Below are positions 29,037 to 38,380 of a stretch of DNA of 64,000 bases, one piece after another. The number at the start of each line of letters is the position of its first letter. Positions within the stretch are counted from its first letter, which is position 1. The position numbers and the translations under genes were made by a program. This DNA is from Candidatus Kerfeldbacteria bacterium (GTDB taxonomy: Bacteria > Patescibacteriota > Patescibacteriia > UBA9570 > XYC2-FULL-38-9). Under the pieces are notes generated by a model. It had not been told where the DNA came from. It was given only the letters and a program-made list of their open reading frames with translations, and searched no databases. The stretch lies in contig JACPGJ010000008.1 in the NCBI GenBank assembly GCA_016182555.1, forward strand, positions 220,272-284,271, read 5' to 3'.

Positions 29037-29591
29037 CTATAAAATTAATTTCATTATAGACCGTTCTACATCTTTTTCAATGTTGAGTGAAGGATTGGTA
29101 TGTAATAACTTCATACTCTCTGAAATAATTCCATGAATATGACTAATAATAACATCAAGTGACTGTTTCTCGAATTCCTTTTGTTTCATTCCGTCCTCAA
29201 TAATTTTTCGTAACAGTTGATCATACGCCTCCTGGAAAGCCAATTCTGCAATATCATATTTATATTTGAACTCAAATGCATCATTCCCTTTTTTGATCCA
29301 TCGTTTTGTTTCTTTGAAAATAATGGTAATAAATTGATTGAGTTTTTCCTTGTTTGTTGAAAATTTTTCTAACTGCTTTTCCATTTTTTTACTCAACATT
29401 TGCGCAACACCACTGACAATATAATAAAAGACTTTTTCTTTACTGTTGAAATACTGATAAATGGTTTTCTTACTCATATTGAGCGCCTTTGCCACATCAT
29501 CAACAGATGTTTTTTTATATCCAAAATGCTCAAAATGTTTTTGAAATTGTTTAGCTATGATATCCTGTTTTGTGTCTTTCATAAGAGTCAT
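29037..29591 (-). CDS. TetR/AcrR-family transcriptional regulator
   Basis: N-terminal HTH TSVDDVAKALNMSKKTIYQYFNSKEKVFYYIV. Confidence 0.75.
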   Translation of the reverse strand: MTLMKDTKQDIIAKQFQKHFEHFGYKKTSVDDVAKALNMSKKTIYQYFNSKEKVFYYIVSGVAQMLSKKMEKQLEKFSTNKEKLNQFITIIFKETKRWIKKGNDAFEFKYKYDIAELAFQEAYDQLLRKIIEDGMKQKEFEKQSLDVIISHIHGIISESMKLLHTNPSLNIEKDVERSIMKLIL

Positions 29592-29601
29592 AATGTATCT
29601 A

Positions 29602-30291
29602 TTATTGGGGTAAGCTCTGTTGCCATTGCTTAGTCTGCTTCCAATTCGTCAGCAATTTTATGAAAAGATAGATAATCACTGGTACCAGGATCAAATTTTC
29701 ATAAATCCCTGCGCTGAGTTGTGCTAGAGGTGAAGTGTTCGCCAATAAAAGTAATAATACCAACCAACGATTTGATTTGGGCATTGCTGTTACAAGCAGC
29801 ACGGCACAGAAAATTAGTGTTGGATAAATCGTTAAACCAATGATGGCAGTATTGGGAAATTGTAATCCCCAAGGCAAATAATAAAGCGGATATAATAACG
29901 AGATAACAATAAATACACCAGCTATGATTTTATCTACTAAATGAATAGGCAAGGTAAAAGTAATCCTATTTTTAGTTAATATATCACGTAACAATACACC
30001 CGCCACGAATAATAATATGGCTACCCAAAATCCTTCTACTATCACAGCTGGAATGGCTCCCTCAAGTTTTCCAATTAAACTCATATGATCTCTAATTACC
30101 ACCAGTGTTAGCCACATAATACTTACCCAGCTTAATGCAACAACCATCCAAATTTTAAGTGGTTTAGGTTGTTGCTTCGGCCCATAGGCATAGTATAAAC
30201 AGATCAAAGCACTAATAAAAAATAGAATTCCTACCCACCACCATTGTTGGTTATAGAGGCTGGTCAGAAGATAATAAGCGGTTTTATCCAT
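29602..30291 (-). CDS. polytopic membrane protein, function unknown
   Basis: 229 aa, about 6 TM helices; 10 nt upstream of tetR-like gene, a likely regulated partner. Confidence 0.4.
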   Translation of the reverse strand: MDKTAYYLLTSLYNQQWWWVGILFFISALICLYYAYGPKQQPKPLKIWMVVALSWVSIMWLTLVVIRDHMSLIGKLEGAIPAVIVEGFWVAILLFVAGVLLRDILTKNRITFTLPIHLVDKIIAGVFIVISLLYPLYYLPWGLQFPNTAIIGLTIYPTLIFCAVLLVTAMPKSNRWLVLLLLLANTSPLAQLSAGIYENLILVPVIIYLFIKLLTNWKQTKQWQQSLPQ

Positions 30292-30427
30292 AACTATTAT
30301 TGGTTAATTACTAATGGAAACTAAATACTAAAATAGTTTACCATAACCTCAGCAATAGTCAAGTACATTATACACATGTCTTTATGAAGCCCAAACGTAA
30401 TAAGCAAATCTGACTTATGTAGATTAT

Positions 30428-31021
30428 TTACTCAAGTAGTAAATCAGTTTTTTTGTATCTTCTATCCTCTGGTAAAGACCGTTTGATTTTCCAATACTTA
30501 ATTGCATCCTTAAGTGCCTTATCTGGATTATCCTGCAAAAAATCACGAATATACCGATTATACTCAAACTGTGGAGCGATCTCTTTTTTCTCTGCCGTAT
30601 CTTTCTTCAACTCATGCAAACGTTTCCATTCGAGTATCGCATCTTGCAACGTTTTACCCACATTCACTTTCATCCAATTCATAAATTGAACATTAAACGC
30701 AAAGTGTTTGCCAATTTGCTTTGTAAAGAAAGTTCGTACATTTTCTGTATTCTTGTAGCTGTCCGTAATTTCTGTTGCTAAATTCAATGTTTCTTTATTC
30801 CAATCAAATTTTGAAACTGTCTTTTTTGATACCTTTTTTATTGAAGTAACCTTGCCAGTGCGTAAAAATGCTTCTATCCTATCTGCAATCTCACGTTTCC
30901 CTCCTTGTGTATTGATTCCATGCTCTTTGCAAAATTGCACCAATTCCTCTTTTAGCCAATAAAAAGATTGAAAATCCTCTAGTGAAATATGTTTAGTTAA
31001 TAGTGGCCGTGATGTATTCAT
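30428..31021 (-). CDS. SAP-domain-containing hypothetical protein
   Basis: LEDFQSFYWLKEELVQFCKEHGINTQGGKREIADRIEAFL resembles a SAP motif. Confidence 0.35.
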   Translation of the reverse strand: MNTSRPLLTKHISLEDFQSFYWLKEELVQFCKEHGINTQGGKREIADRIEAFLRTGKVTSIKKVSKKTVSKFDWNKETLNLATEITDSYKNTENVRTFFTKQIGKHFAFNVQFMNWMKVNVGKTLQDAILEWKRLHELKKDTAEKKEIAPQFEYNRYIRDFLQDNPDKALKDAIKYWKIKRSLPEDRRYKKTDLLLE

Positions 31022-31030
31022 GTCCTGATA

Positions 31031-31768
31031 CTACACCTTTGTTACTAACGTATTCCAGAATTGATACAGCGGTGCTAATAGCTGAAAATGTTTCGCTAAC
31101 TCTGTAACTAACTGCTTTGAGAATAGCGTTTGATCGATTGTTGTATTGCGTACCAAATAGATGTTTTTGCGTTGATACCATGATTGAATTTCCGCAGGGA
31201 GATTTGGATTCAATACCTTTTTATATTGCTCGCCTTCGAGAGTAAATATGTTCTGCTTTGGATAAAATTGTATCGCTTTGATAAATTCTTTTGTCTTCTT
31301 TTCCATCAATTCACGCAACCGTGCCATTGTGTCTGGAGAAGCGCTGTAAAAACCCATACCATACCGATATGATTCAGGCGACAATTCAAAAAAATATGCA
31401 GGAGCATCTTTCCATTCCTTAGTGGGACGTTTGAATGTAATCCACATCGCAGTTTTGTAGGGTGATTTATCTTTTGAAAATCGAGTGTCACGATGAATGC
31501 GAGAAATTGTTCGATTCACTGCTGGCGTTACTTCAAAATACGAGTCAATCATGAGCATATCATTGCTCAAATCCTGTACCAACGCTTGTAGTGGTTCTAA
31601 AACAAACTGCTGATAATCCTCTCGATGTGCTTCAAACCATGTTTTATTGTTATGGGATTGGAGATCACCTAAAAATTGAATTGTCTGTTCTGAAAATCTC
31701 TGAAATGTTTTTTGTTGATTGTTTTGCATACAGGTATTATAACGGATACGCTGAGTATTGATCTGCAA
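31031..31768 (-). CDS. DUF2461 (TIGR02453) family protein
   Basis: FSEQTIQFLGDLQSHNNKTWFEAHREDY matches the family's N-terminal signature. Confidence 0.6.
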   Translation of the reverse strand: MQINTQRIRYNTCMQNNQQKTFQRFSEQTIQFLGDLQSHNNKTWFEAHREDYQQFVLEPLQALVQDLSNDMLMIDSYFEVTPAVNRTISRIHRDTRFSKDKSPYKTAMWITFKRPTKEWKDAPAYFFELSPESYRYGMGFYSASPDTMARLRELMEKKTKEFIKAIQFYPKQNIFTLEGEQYKKVLNPNLPAEIQSWYQRKNIYLVRNTTIDQTLFSKQLVTELAKHFQLLAPLYQFWNTLVTKV

Positions 31769-32147
31769 CTATCCACCATTTACCATCCTCTTTTACTACA
31801 GCAAACATATCTCGTCCTTGCATCGTAATAGTGCGTCCGTGCATCTCAAATGACATATCAAAATAGTATGTAACTACTGCAAACTGGTTATTTCCATATA
31901 CTTCAATTTTGGGATCAAGTTCTTTGAAATAATGAATTTTTGCAGATCGTGTAAATCCAGTCCAGGCAGCAACACAGGCTGCTCTCCCTTCATGTCGTTC
32001 TCTATCGGTTGCACTGATAGCAACCATCCGCTCATGAAAATAATTATTCAACTGTTCAGGGGTATTATCTATTGTCCATGCCTTATTCATGGCTTGAATA
32101 GTCTGCCAAATTTCTTGTTGGATTGGATTCATAAAAATGTTGCTCAA
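31737..32147 (-). CDS. NTF2-like/SnoaL-like (DUF4440-type) protein
   Basis: Size and pattern only. Confidence 0.4.
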   Translation of the reverse strand: MSNIFMNPIQQEIWQTIQAMNKAWTIDNTPEQLNNYFHERMVAISATDRERHEGRAACVAAWTGFTRSAKIHYFKELDPKIEVYGNNQFAVVTYYFDMSFEMHGRTITMQGRDMFAVVKEDGKWWIVADQYSAYPL

Positions 32148-32230
32148 TAACTTTTATCTAAACTATATGATTCTTCTATTCTTTTGATTTACCTTGCTCT
32201 AACTTTTTTGTGAGTTAATCAAAATCCGAC

Positions 32231-32440
32231 TCATAATCCTTCAAATGATTCTATCAATCTAAATAAATTTCCATTAGTAAATTCTCGATACACCGGCACA
32301 ACCACAGCTAACTTCATTTCTGGCAATGGTGGTTCTTCAACATATGTTTCTCTTTTTCTTTCACGTCGTTCATCAAGATATCTTTTTTCGGAATCTCTCA
32401 AATCTCTTCTCTTGTCTCTTCTTTTAATTAATTCTACCAT
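32231..32440 (-). CDS. small highly basic/acidic charged protein, unknown
   Basis: 69 aa, RDKRRDLRDSEKRYLDERRERKRE. Confidence 0.25.
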   Translation of the reverse strand: MVELIKRRDKRRDLRDSEKRYLDERRERKRETYVEEPPLPEMKLAVVVPVYREFTNGNLFRLIESFEGL

Positions 32441-32688
32441 AATAACATCTTATAAAATAATTATGAATTTTATAGCATATAATTATCAAAAAAACAATCC
32501 TCTTTTCGTACTCCGTATACTATAGCTATAATTAACCAATTATCTTACTAAACCAAATGAGAATCACTGTCTAAAAATGGGGTACTTGCCACCCTTAAAA
32601 GCAATCTGATATTCACAGAATTGCTCGTAAAGATTTTGGATGTGCATATATGTTCGCGTTACTGCGAAAGTGATATGCTCAAGTTTGT

Positions 32689-32959
32689 TGGAGCCGTTGT
32701 GCGGGATCGAACCGCAGACCTCATCCTTCGTTTACACCTCACTTTATTGAAACACGTATGTGAGGACTAGACTGTATCTTTCCGCCAGAGGCGGACTCCT
32801 TGTCAGTCGTTCGGGCGAATACATTTCTGTATCGCCACGGTCTTGACCATGTGTCTGGTTATTAACCGTAATTCGGAGTTCATCTTGCATGTTGCCATAC
32901 AAGCGGGCAGACTTTTACAAGCCACCATGGATGTGCTCTACCAACTGAGCTACAACGGC
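32689..32959 (-). tRNA. tRNA-Thr (anticodon GGU) interrupted by a 195-nt intron after U36; CCA encoded
   Basis: Exon 1 GCCGTTGTAGCTCAGTTGGTAGAGCACATCCATGGT (32959..32924); exon 2 AAGGATGAGGTCTGCGGTTCGATCCCGCACAACGGCTCCA (32728..32689). Acceptor GCCGTTG/CAACGGC, D arm GCTC/GAGC, anticodon stem CATCC/GGATG. Spliced loop AUGGUAA. Confidence 0.7.
32729..32923 (-). ncRNA. putative group I intron (self-splicing, no ORF) in the tRNA-Thr anticodon loop
   Basis: Hand-folded elements in canonical order: P1 GGU|GG with CUGCC, with a U.G pair at the splice site. P2 CUUGUAUG-GCAA-CAUGCAAG. P3 ACUCC/GGAGU. P4 ACGGU/ACCGU. P5 ACCA-GACACA-UGGU. P6 GGCGAUACA-GAAA-UGUAUUCGCC. P7 GACUG/CAGUC. P8 CCGCC-UCUG-GGCGG. 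S-element-like AAGAUACAGUC. P9 CCUCAC...GUGAGG. The intron ends in G. Confidence 0.55.
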
Positions 32960-33032
32960 AAATGTGCGCAGAGAAAATTGACACAAAAGAACAGATGCAC
33001 AATATACTGGCGTAAAAATACGCCAGCGTATT

Positions 33033-33824
33033 CTACATCTCTTTCACCAATTTTTCAAATTCGGTAATTTTTTGGTTTTCGGGGTTGGCTTCTTTCAATT
33101 GACGCAACGTCGTACGCGCCAATATGCGATCTTTCATTTCAATAGCAAGCGCCAACAATGAATCTAAATTACGCGGGTTATTCGGCGCCAGCTTCACGCA
33201 CACCTTAAAATACGCCAACGCTTTTTTTTGTAATCCTTGCGACTGATACACTGTTCCTAAATCATAGTAAATACGATCTTCTTTTGGGCGCAACTTACGC
33301 GCAAACTCTAACGTTTCAATAGCGTGGTCATATTCTTTTTTCTGCGAATATAATTCCCCTAAATATTCGTACGCTTCCACTTCTTTTGGGTTCAGGCGAA
33401 TAATATCTAAAAACAGGTGCTCGGCCTCCGCCAACTTTCCTTCTTTATATAATGCGACAGCCGATTCCATAATGCTGGCAATTTTTTGGCGTGTCTTTTC
33501 TTTCTCTTCTTGCGTGGCTGGCGTGGGCATCGCGTGTCGGTATTTCCGCTCCAATTCCACAATTTTTTCATACCAACGAGAAAAATGTTTCACCACCGCA
33601 TCTTTTGCCGGGGAAATTCCTTTTGCGGCAGCATTTCGAGCGTCTTTCGCTTTTCGTTGTAAGCGTTCTTCAATTAACTGATATTTTTTTGAACGCTGCT
33701 TTGCTTTTGGCATGGCATCTAAATCAAGCAAACGCAATTTGTTCCAATACTTCACCACCAAACCAACCATACAGAACAACGCCGCAACGCCGATACCGAT
33801 AATAACCCAATCAATCCATGTCAT
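33033..33824 (-). CDS. membrane-anchored tetratricopeptide-repeat protein
   Basis: N-terminal TM helix and TPR-like repeats (AYEYLGELYSQKKEYDHAIETLEFARKLRPKED...). Confidence 0.6.
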   Translation of the reverse strand: MTWIDWVIIGIGVAALFCMVGLVVKYWNKLRLLDLDAMPKAKQRSKKYQLIEERLQRKAKDARNAAAKGISPAKDAVVKHFSRWYEKIVELERKYRHAMPTPATQEEKEKTRQKIASIMESAVALYKEGKLAEAEHLFLDIIRLNPKEVEAYEYLGELYSQKKEYDHAIETLEFARKLRPKEDRIYYDLGTVYQSQGLQKKALAYFKVCVKLAPNNPRNLDSLLALAIEMKDRILARTTLRQLKEANPENQKITEFEKLVKEM

Positions 33825-33833
33825 AAGAAAAAA

Positions 33834-34676
33834 TTATGATTTTTTTGAACAACACCCTTTATCTGCTGAACAGCCATTACAACCAACTTTATCGCAACCA
33901 AGCGGCACGTCTTCACGGGTACCATCAGCTTTTTTCAGTGTCACCACATGGGTCAAAATATTTCGCGAAATCACTTCGCACGTACCATGAGTTTTCGTAT
34001 TCATAAATGTCCCAACTTCCGGCATGCGTGCGCCACACATGCGATACCCTTCGGATTCATAAGCCAAGCAACATTTTAACCGGCCACACAACCCAGACAA
34101 CCGATCACTGCCGCGGTGTTCCAACTGCTGCAAGGGAACCAGGTCAGCGCTCACATTTCCTAAATCTTTTAACCAAGTCGAACAGCAGGTTTCACGACCA
34201 CACGGACCAATGCCACCCATCTCCGCAACCACATCACGCGAACCGATTTGTTGTAAACGAATTTGTTTTTGAAACTGCGCAGACAACAACCGTACTAATT
34301 CACGAAAATCGACGCGCGTACTAGAAGTAAACGCAAAAACTAAACGAGAATCATCAAACGAAAACGACACATCAATAACTTTCATTGGTAAATCTAATTG
34401 CCGTGCATGTTGGCGTGCGTGTTGCAACACATCTGCTTTACTCTCAGCTTGGCGCTTCATTTTTTCAAAATCCGCCATACTCGGCAAGCGTTTTACCGGT
34501 TGCAGCGCCGTGTCCAACTCATGCGGGGCCACTTCACCAAACCCAATCACCTTTCCCACATCTTGGCCAAGGCTGGTATCCACAATCACCCGGTCACCCA
34601 ACTTCAAATCAAACCCAGCCGGATCAAAAAAATATGATCGATCCCAGGTATGAAATTGAACTTCAGCAACTCTCAT
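33834..34676 (-). CDS. ricT: PSP1-domain protein RicT/YaaT homologue with extra C-terminal Cys cluster
   Basis: YFFDPAGFDLKLGDRVIVDT aligns with the YaaT N-terminus; CGRETCC...CGRLKCCLAYESEGY signature; track ORF (to 34754) overlaps tsf, so start moved to MRVAEV (approximate). Confidence 0.65.
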   Translation of the reverse strand: MRVAEVQFHTWDRSYFFDPAGFDLKLGDRVIVDTSLGQDVGKVIGFGEVAPHELDTALQPVKRLPSMADFEKMKRQAESKADVLQHARQHARQLDLPMKVIDVSFSFDDSRLVFAFTSSTRVDFRELVRLLSAQFQKQIRLQQIGSRDVVAEMGGIGPCGRETCCSTWLKDLGNVSADLVPLQQLEHRGSDRLSGLCGRLKCCLAYESEGYRMCGARMPEVGTFMNTKTHGTCEVISRNILTHVVTLKKADGTREDVPLGCDKVGCNGCSADKGCCSKKS

Positions 34677-35268
34677 TTGATTCATGGTCATCCAGGCTAA
34701 ATCGCGCGAAGCGTCGAATTTGGATATTTTCTCCCATTTTCCCGATCGCTTCATTTAACAAATCCTGAATCGTTTGGTCTTCGTTCTTGAAAAATCGTTG
34801 ATTCAACAAGCACTGTTCTTCAAAAAATTTATTCAATTTGCCTTCAATAATTTTTTCTTTCACGTTTTCTGGCTTGTTCCCCTCAATTTGTGCAGCATAA
34901 ATTTCACGTTCCTTTGCTTGTACTTCAGGAGTCACCTCTTCCGGTTTCAAATAGCGTGGGTTCATGGAAGCCACTTGCATGGCTAAATCTTTTGCGAGTG
35001 TTTGAAAATCTTCGGTGCGTGCCACAAAATCGGTTTCACAATTCAATTCCAATAACACACCAATTTTATTCATGTGAATATACGACGTGACCACGCCTTC
35101 AGACGCTTCACGGCCTGCTTTTTTCAATGCGACTGCTTCTCCACGTTTGCGCAAAATTTCAAGAGCTTTATCATAATCACCGCTGGTTTCATCTAATGCT
35201 TTTTTGACATCCAAGATGCCAGCGCCGCTTTGTGAACGTAATTTTTGTATGAGTTCTGTCGTAATCAT
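34663..35268 (-). CDS. tsf: translation elongation factor Ts
   Basis: LRSQSGAGILDVKKALDETSGDYDKALEILRKRG. Confidence 0.85.
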   Translation of the reverse strand: MITTELIQKLRSQSGAGILDVKKALDETSGDYDKALEILRKRGEAVALKKAGREASEGVVTSYIHMNKIGVLLELNCETDFVARTEDFQTLAKDLAMQVASMNPRYLKPEEVTPEVQAKEREIYAAQIEGNKPENVKEKIIEGKLNKFFEEQCLLNQRFFKNEDQTIQDLLNEAIGKMGENIQIRRFARFSLDDHESNESC

Positions 35269-35281
35269 AATAAATGGTTAT

Positions 35282-36016
35282 TTATACTGATGGAGTAACT
35301 GCTGGGGCTGCAGGAACAGTTGCAACAACCGGGTTCTGTTTTCCATCCAATACCGCACCAGCAAGAGCTTTCACGAGCAGTTCAATGGATTTCACTGCAT
35401 CGTCATTGCCAGGGATAGGATAATCGACCTGTTTTGGATCCACATTTGAATCGCAAATCGCAATAATAGGCAAGTTCAACTGTTTCGCTTCACGCAATGC
35501 TGTTTTTTCTTCTTGCAAATCAACAATAAAGACCACGTCTGGCAGTTTCATTAAATTCTCAACACCACCAACGATGCTATCTAACCGTTCAATTTCGCGG
35601 TCAAATTCCAATTGTTCTTTCTTCGTATATTTTTTCAAGTCGCCGCTTTCACGGTCGGCTTTTAATTTCGTCAGTTTACGTGCAACAGTGGAAACGTGTT
35701 TAAAGTTTGTAAGCATTCCACCCAACCATCGGTTCGTGATATATGGCATGCCGCATTCTTTCGCGTATTTTTCAATAACCGCTGAAGCTTGATTTTTTGT
35801 ACCGACAAAAAGGATCGTTTTCCCGTTTGCGGCCAAATCTTGCACCACTTGCAGTGTTTCTTTCAACTTCTGTTCCGTGGCTTCCAAGTTAATAATGTGG
35901 ACGTTCTTTTTCGTAGTGAAAATGTATGGCCCCATGTTTGGGTGCCATTTGCTGCTACGGTGCCCAAAATGAACGCCAGCTTTGAGCATCTCCAGCATTG
36001 TTGGAGTTTTTGACAT
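35282..36016 (-). CDS. rpsB: 30S ribosomal protein S2
   Basis: MLEMLKAGVHFGHRSSKWHPNMGPYIF... Confidence 0.9.
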   Translation of the reverse strand: MSKTPTMLEMLKAGVHFGHRSSKWHPNMGPYIFTTKKNVHIINLEATEQKLKETLQVVQDLAANGKTILFVGTKNQASAVIEKYAKECGMPYITNRWLGGMLTNFKHVSTVARKLTKLKADRESGDLKKYTKKEQLEFDREIERLDSIVGGVENLMKLPDVVFIVDLQEEKTALREAKQLNLPIIAICDSNVDPKQVDYPIPGNDDAVKSIELLVKALAGAVLDGKQNPVVATVPAAPAVTPSV

Positions 36017-36200
36017 AAATTCCTTTTAGATTACGACACATGCCACAGTACACGACCTGCAAATGCAGGCAGGAATGCATTGTTCTCGCATGTATCTACT
36101 TAATTAAATACGTAACGTAGAGTATACCAACTATCAAAAAAAATGCAAGTTTAACTCATCCATCTCAGGCTCATTCCTTGATTGGACAATACTGTTTATC

Positions 36201-36228
36201 TAAAACCACCAGCTCTATGGCTGGTGGT
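36201..36228 (-). terminator. rho-independent terminator downstream of the acidic-repeat protein gene
   Basis: CCACCAGC-CATAGA-GCTGGTGG then TTTTA on the minus strand. Confidence 0.6.
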
Positions 36229-36257
36229 CGATAATTTGTATCGTTGTACTTGTCGAA

Positions 36258-37796
36258 TTAAAATGGTTGATCGTTGTCAGTTGGTTTTGATGAATCAGCT
36301 TGCGAACATTCTTCAAACGCACGACAAGTAGTACGGTAAAAACTCCAAGAAATATCCGTAGCGATGCTTGTATAACCATTCAAACCGGCCTCATCATACG
36401 AAGAATCACTAAACGAGTTTACCATGGTCGAATGACTCGTATCAGTATAATAGGCACAGTAAGTTGAATCACCAGCATAATTATCTGATTCTGACTGTGT
36501 GCACCCTTCTTCACTTCCACCACCAATATAGCCACCTTCAACAAACACTGCAGAAGCTTCATTCCCGTTAGAAACTGTGACAGATGTATTGCAATAATCT
36601 GGATCGTCGTCATTGACACAGCCACTTATACCAATGGTGTATTCTCCGGTAGATGCATCAAAAGTACCACCAGAAACCATATATGTACCATCCAAAACAA
36701 CCGGCATACTTTCTTCCGATGTCCCAGTTATTTTATAGGACTGACTGTCGTCTCTGGAGTTAGTATAGTTTTCTTCGTATCTTGATTTAGCATGGCCCCA
36801 TGTTTGAATGAAACCACCCACCTCACCATTTAAAATCACCTCATCCAAACGAGCCTCTACTAAGGAACTGGTGGTGGTATCTGTAACAGTATCATTCAAT
36901 CCACCATCATACACATAACCTCTACGATAATTCATAAACCCATACCACACACGAGCTTCAACATTTGTTGCATTATCCGCGTCTTCTGAATCGTCAGTAC
37001 CGTCATTATCGTAATCGTATGGTTGAGGATCATCACTATCGGGCGAACCATCGCCATCATCGTCTATATCGGTATTATCGTTTTCCCCATCGTTATCATG
37101 ATCATACTCTTGTCCCGGATCAAATGCATCTGCATATCCATCATTGTCATCATCGGTATCACCCATGTTATCGCCACTTCCACAATCAGCGTATGTATCA
37201 TTATCATGGTTATAGATATGTTTAAATTTCTCTTCTTTCATATCCGAAATACCGTCATCATCATCGTCATCATCTAGATTATCTGCTGTTCCATCATTAT
37301 CATGATCTTTCAGCATGGTATCGCTATCATCGGCAAGACAGTCTTTATCATCGTCGGTATCATCTTCATTTTTTTCATCGTCATTGTCATGATTTTTTTT
37401 GTATTTTTTCTGTTCAACAACATCTAAAATATTATCGCTATCAGCATCTTTTTCATCGCCTAAGACACGGTTTTCAACGGCATCTTCCGTACCATCGTTA
37501 TCCGTATCAAACAAATATTTTTTCTTTTCATCATCATCAAGCAAATCATCATTATCGTCATCATCATCTTTTTTATCTTTAATTTCATCATTGTCATGGT
37601 CGAAAGTAAAAATATCTTTTTCCACTTTATCTGGATACCCATCATTATCATCATCGATATCCTTTTTATCAGCAATACCATCTTGGTCATGATCATTCGT
37701 TGATTTAGCCTGTGTAATTTGTAAAGAGTTTACTAAGAAAAACACCCCAGTTAATAGAGTGATAGCTAAAAAGCTAGCTGATATTTTTTTGACCAT
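36258..37796 (-). CDS. secreted poly-acidic protein with thrombospondin-type-3-like Ca-binding repeats (DxDxDG) and a Cys-containing C-terminal domain
   Basis: Signal-like MVKKISASFLAITLLTGVFFLVNS; many DHDNDG/DTDNDG/DDDNDG repeats; very D-rich. Start moved to the internal ATG. Confidence 0.55.
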   Translation of the reverse strand: MVKKISASFLAITLLTGVFFLVNSLQITQAKSTNDHDQDGIADKKDIDDDNDGYPDKVEKDIFTFDHDNDEIKDKKDDDDDNDDLLDDDEKKKYLFDTDNDGTEDAVENRVLGDEKDADSDNILDVVEQKKYKKNHDNDDEKNEDDTDDDKDCLADDSDTMLKDHDNDGTADNLDDDDDDDGISDMKEEKFKHIYNHDNDTYADCGSGDNMGDTDDDNDGYADAFDPGQEYDHDNDGENDNTDIDDDGDGSPDSDDPQPYDYDNDGTDDSEDADNATNVEARVWYGFMNYRRGYVYDGGLNDTVTDTTTSSLVEARLDEVILNGEVGGFIQTWGHAKSRYEENYTNSRDDSQSYKITGTSEESMPVVLDGTYMVSGGTFDASTGEYTIGISGCVNDDDPDYCNTSVTVSNGNEASAVFVEGGYIGGGSEEGCTQSESDNYAGDSTYCAYYTDTSHSTMVNSFSDSSYDEAGLNGYTSIATDISWSFYRTTCRAFEECSQADSSKPTDNDQPF

Positions 37797-37895
37797 ACGT
37801 AGATTATAGGTAATAATTATTGAATAACTCAGATGAACCAATGGCTGACAATAATAACAATATAGACTATTTTCCAAAATTTGTCAAGATTCAAG

Positions 37896-37955
37896 TCGAA
37901 AGTGTTAGGGAAAGTGTTAGGGAAAGTTGACACCCCTACAAGCCCATGCTATAGT
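37896..37955 (+). promoter_or_regulatory. rpmE promoter (TTGACA-17-TATAGT) preceded by 2.5 tandem copies of GTGTTAGGGAAA
   Basis: gaaaGTGTTAGGGAAAGTGTTAGGGAAAGTTGACAcccctacaagcccatgcTATAGT; the L31 ATG is at 37984. Confidence 0.5.
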
Positions 37956-37983
37956 AGCAGTCGCTTATTTAAATTATGTTGTT

Positions 37984-38325
37984 ATGAAACAGAATATCCA
38001 CCCGACCAATTACACCGCAACCGTTACTTGCGCCTGCGGAAACACGTTTGCCACCGTCTCGACAAAAGAGGCTATTACTACGGAAATTTGTTCGAATTGT
38101 CATCCATTTTTTACTGGAAAACAAAAATTGGTGGATACGGCTCACCGTGTAGAAAAATACGAAGAAAAAAAGAAAAAACAAGTCGAAATGAGTGCTGGCC
38201 GCAAACATACATCGAAAAAAGCGAAACAAGAAGCACGCAAAAGCAAAAAAGGCGAATTAACGAAAACCGTGAAAGCCGATGCCAAGGCTGCATTGAAAGC
38301 CGCAAAATCTGCCCTGTCTTCTTAA
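37984..38325 (+). CDS. rpmE: 50S ribosomal protein L31 with ~45-aa Lys/Ala-rich C-terminal extension
   Basis: [48 protein letters not shown]...; the track ORF starts upstream inside the promoter. Confidence 0.85.
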   Translation: MKQNIHPTNYTATVTCACGNTFATVSTKEAITTEICSNCHPFFTGKQKLVDTAHRVEKYEEKKKKQVEMSAGRKHTSKKAKQEARKSKKGELTKTVKADAKAALKAAKSALSS

Positions 38326-38380
38326 CGGCGCAAAAGAACAGAATCGGGTCTCCTACCCGATTTTTTCTTAGATAAAAACT

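Noticed and set aside
32689-32959. Alternative reading of the split tRNA as tRNA-Arg(ACG) (loop AU|ACGAA)
   Set aside because: It would make the intron end in A and start after U33 with no P1/omega-G geometry. The U36|A37 placement gives U.G at the 5' splice site, a terminal G and a canonical loop AUGGUAA.
32843-33067. 74-aa plus-strand ORF
   Set aside because: Antisense to the intron-containing tRNA-Thr and its intron; no coding signal.
36965-37696. Plus-strand ORFs of 84-97 aa rich in H/R/Y or S/L
   Set aside because: Antisense to the poly-Asp repeat region; artefacts of GAT/GAC repeats.
37896-37926. Possible CRISPR-like repeat
   Set aside because: Only 2.5 contiguous copies of a 12-mer with no spacers; no cas genes anywhere in the window. 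I found no CRISPR array in the 64 kb.
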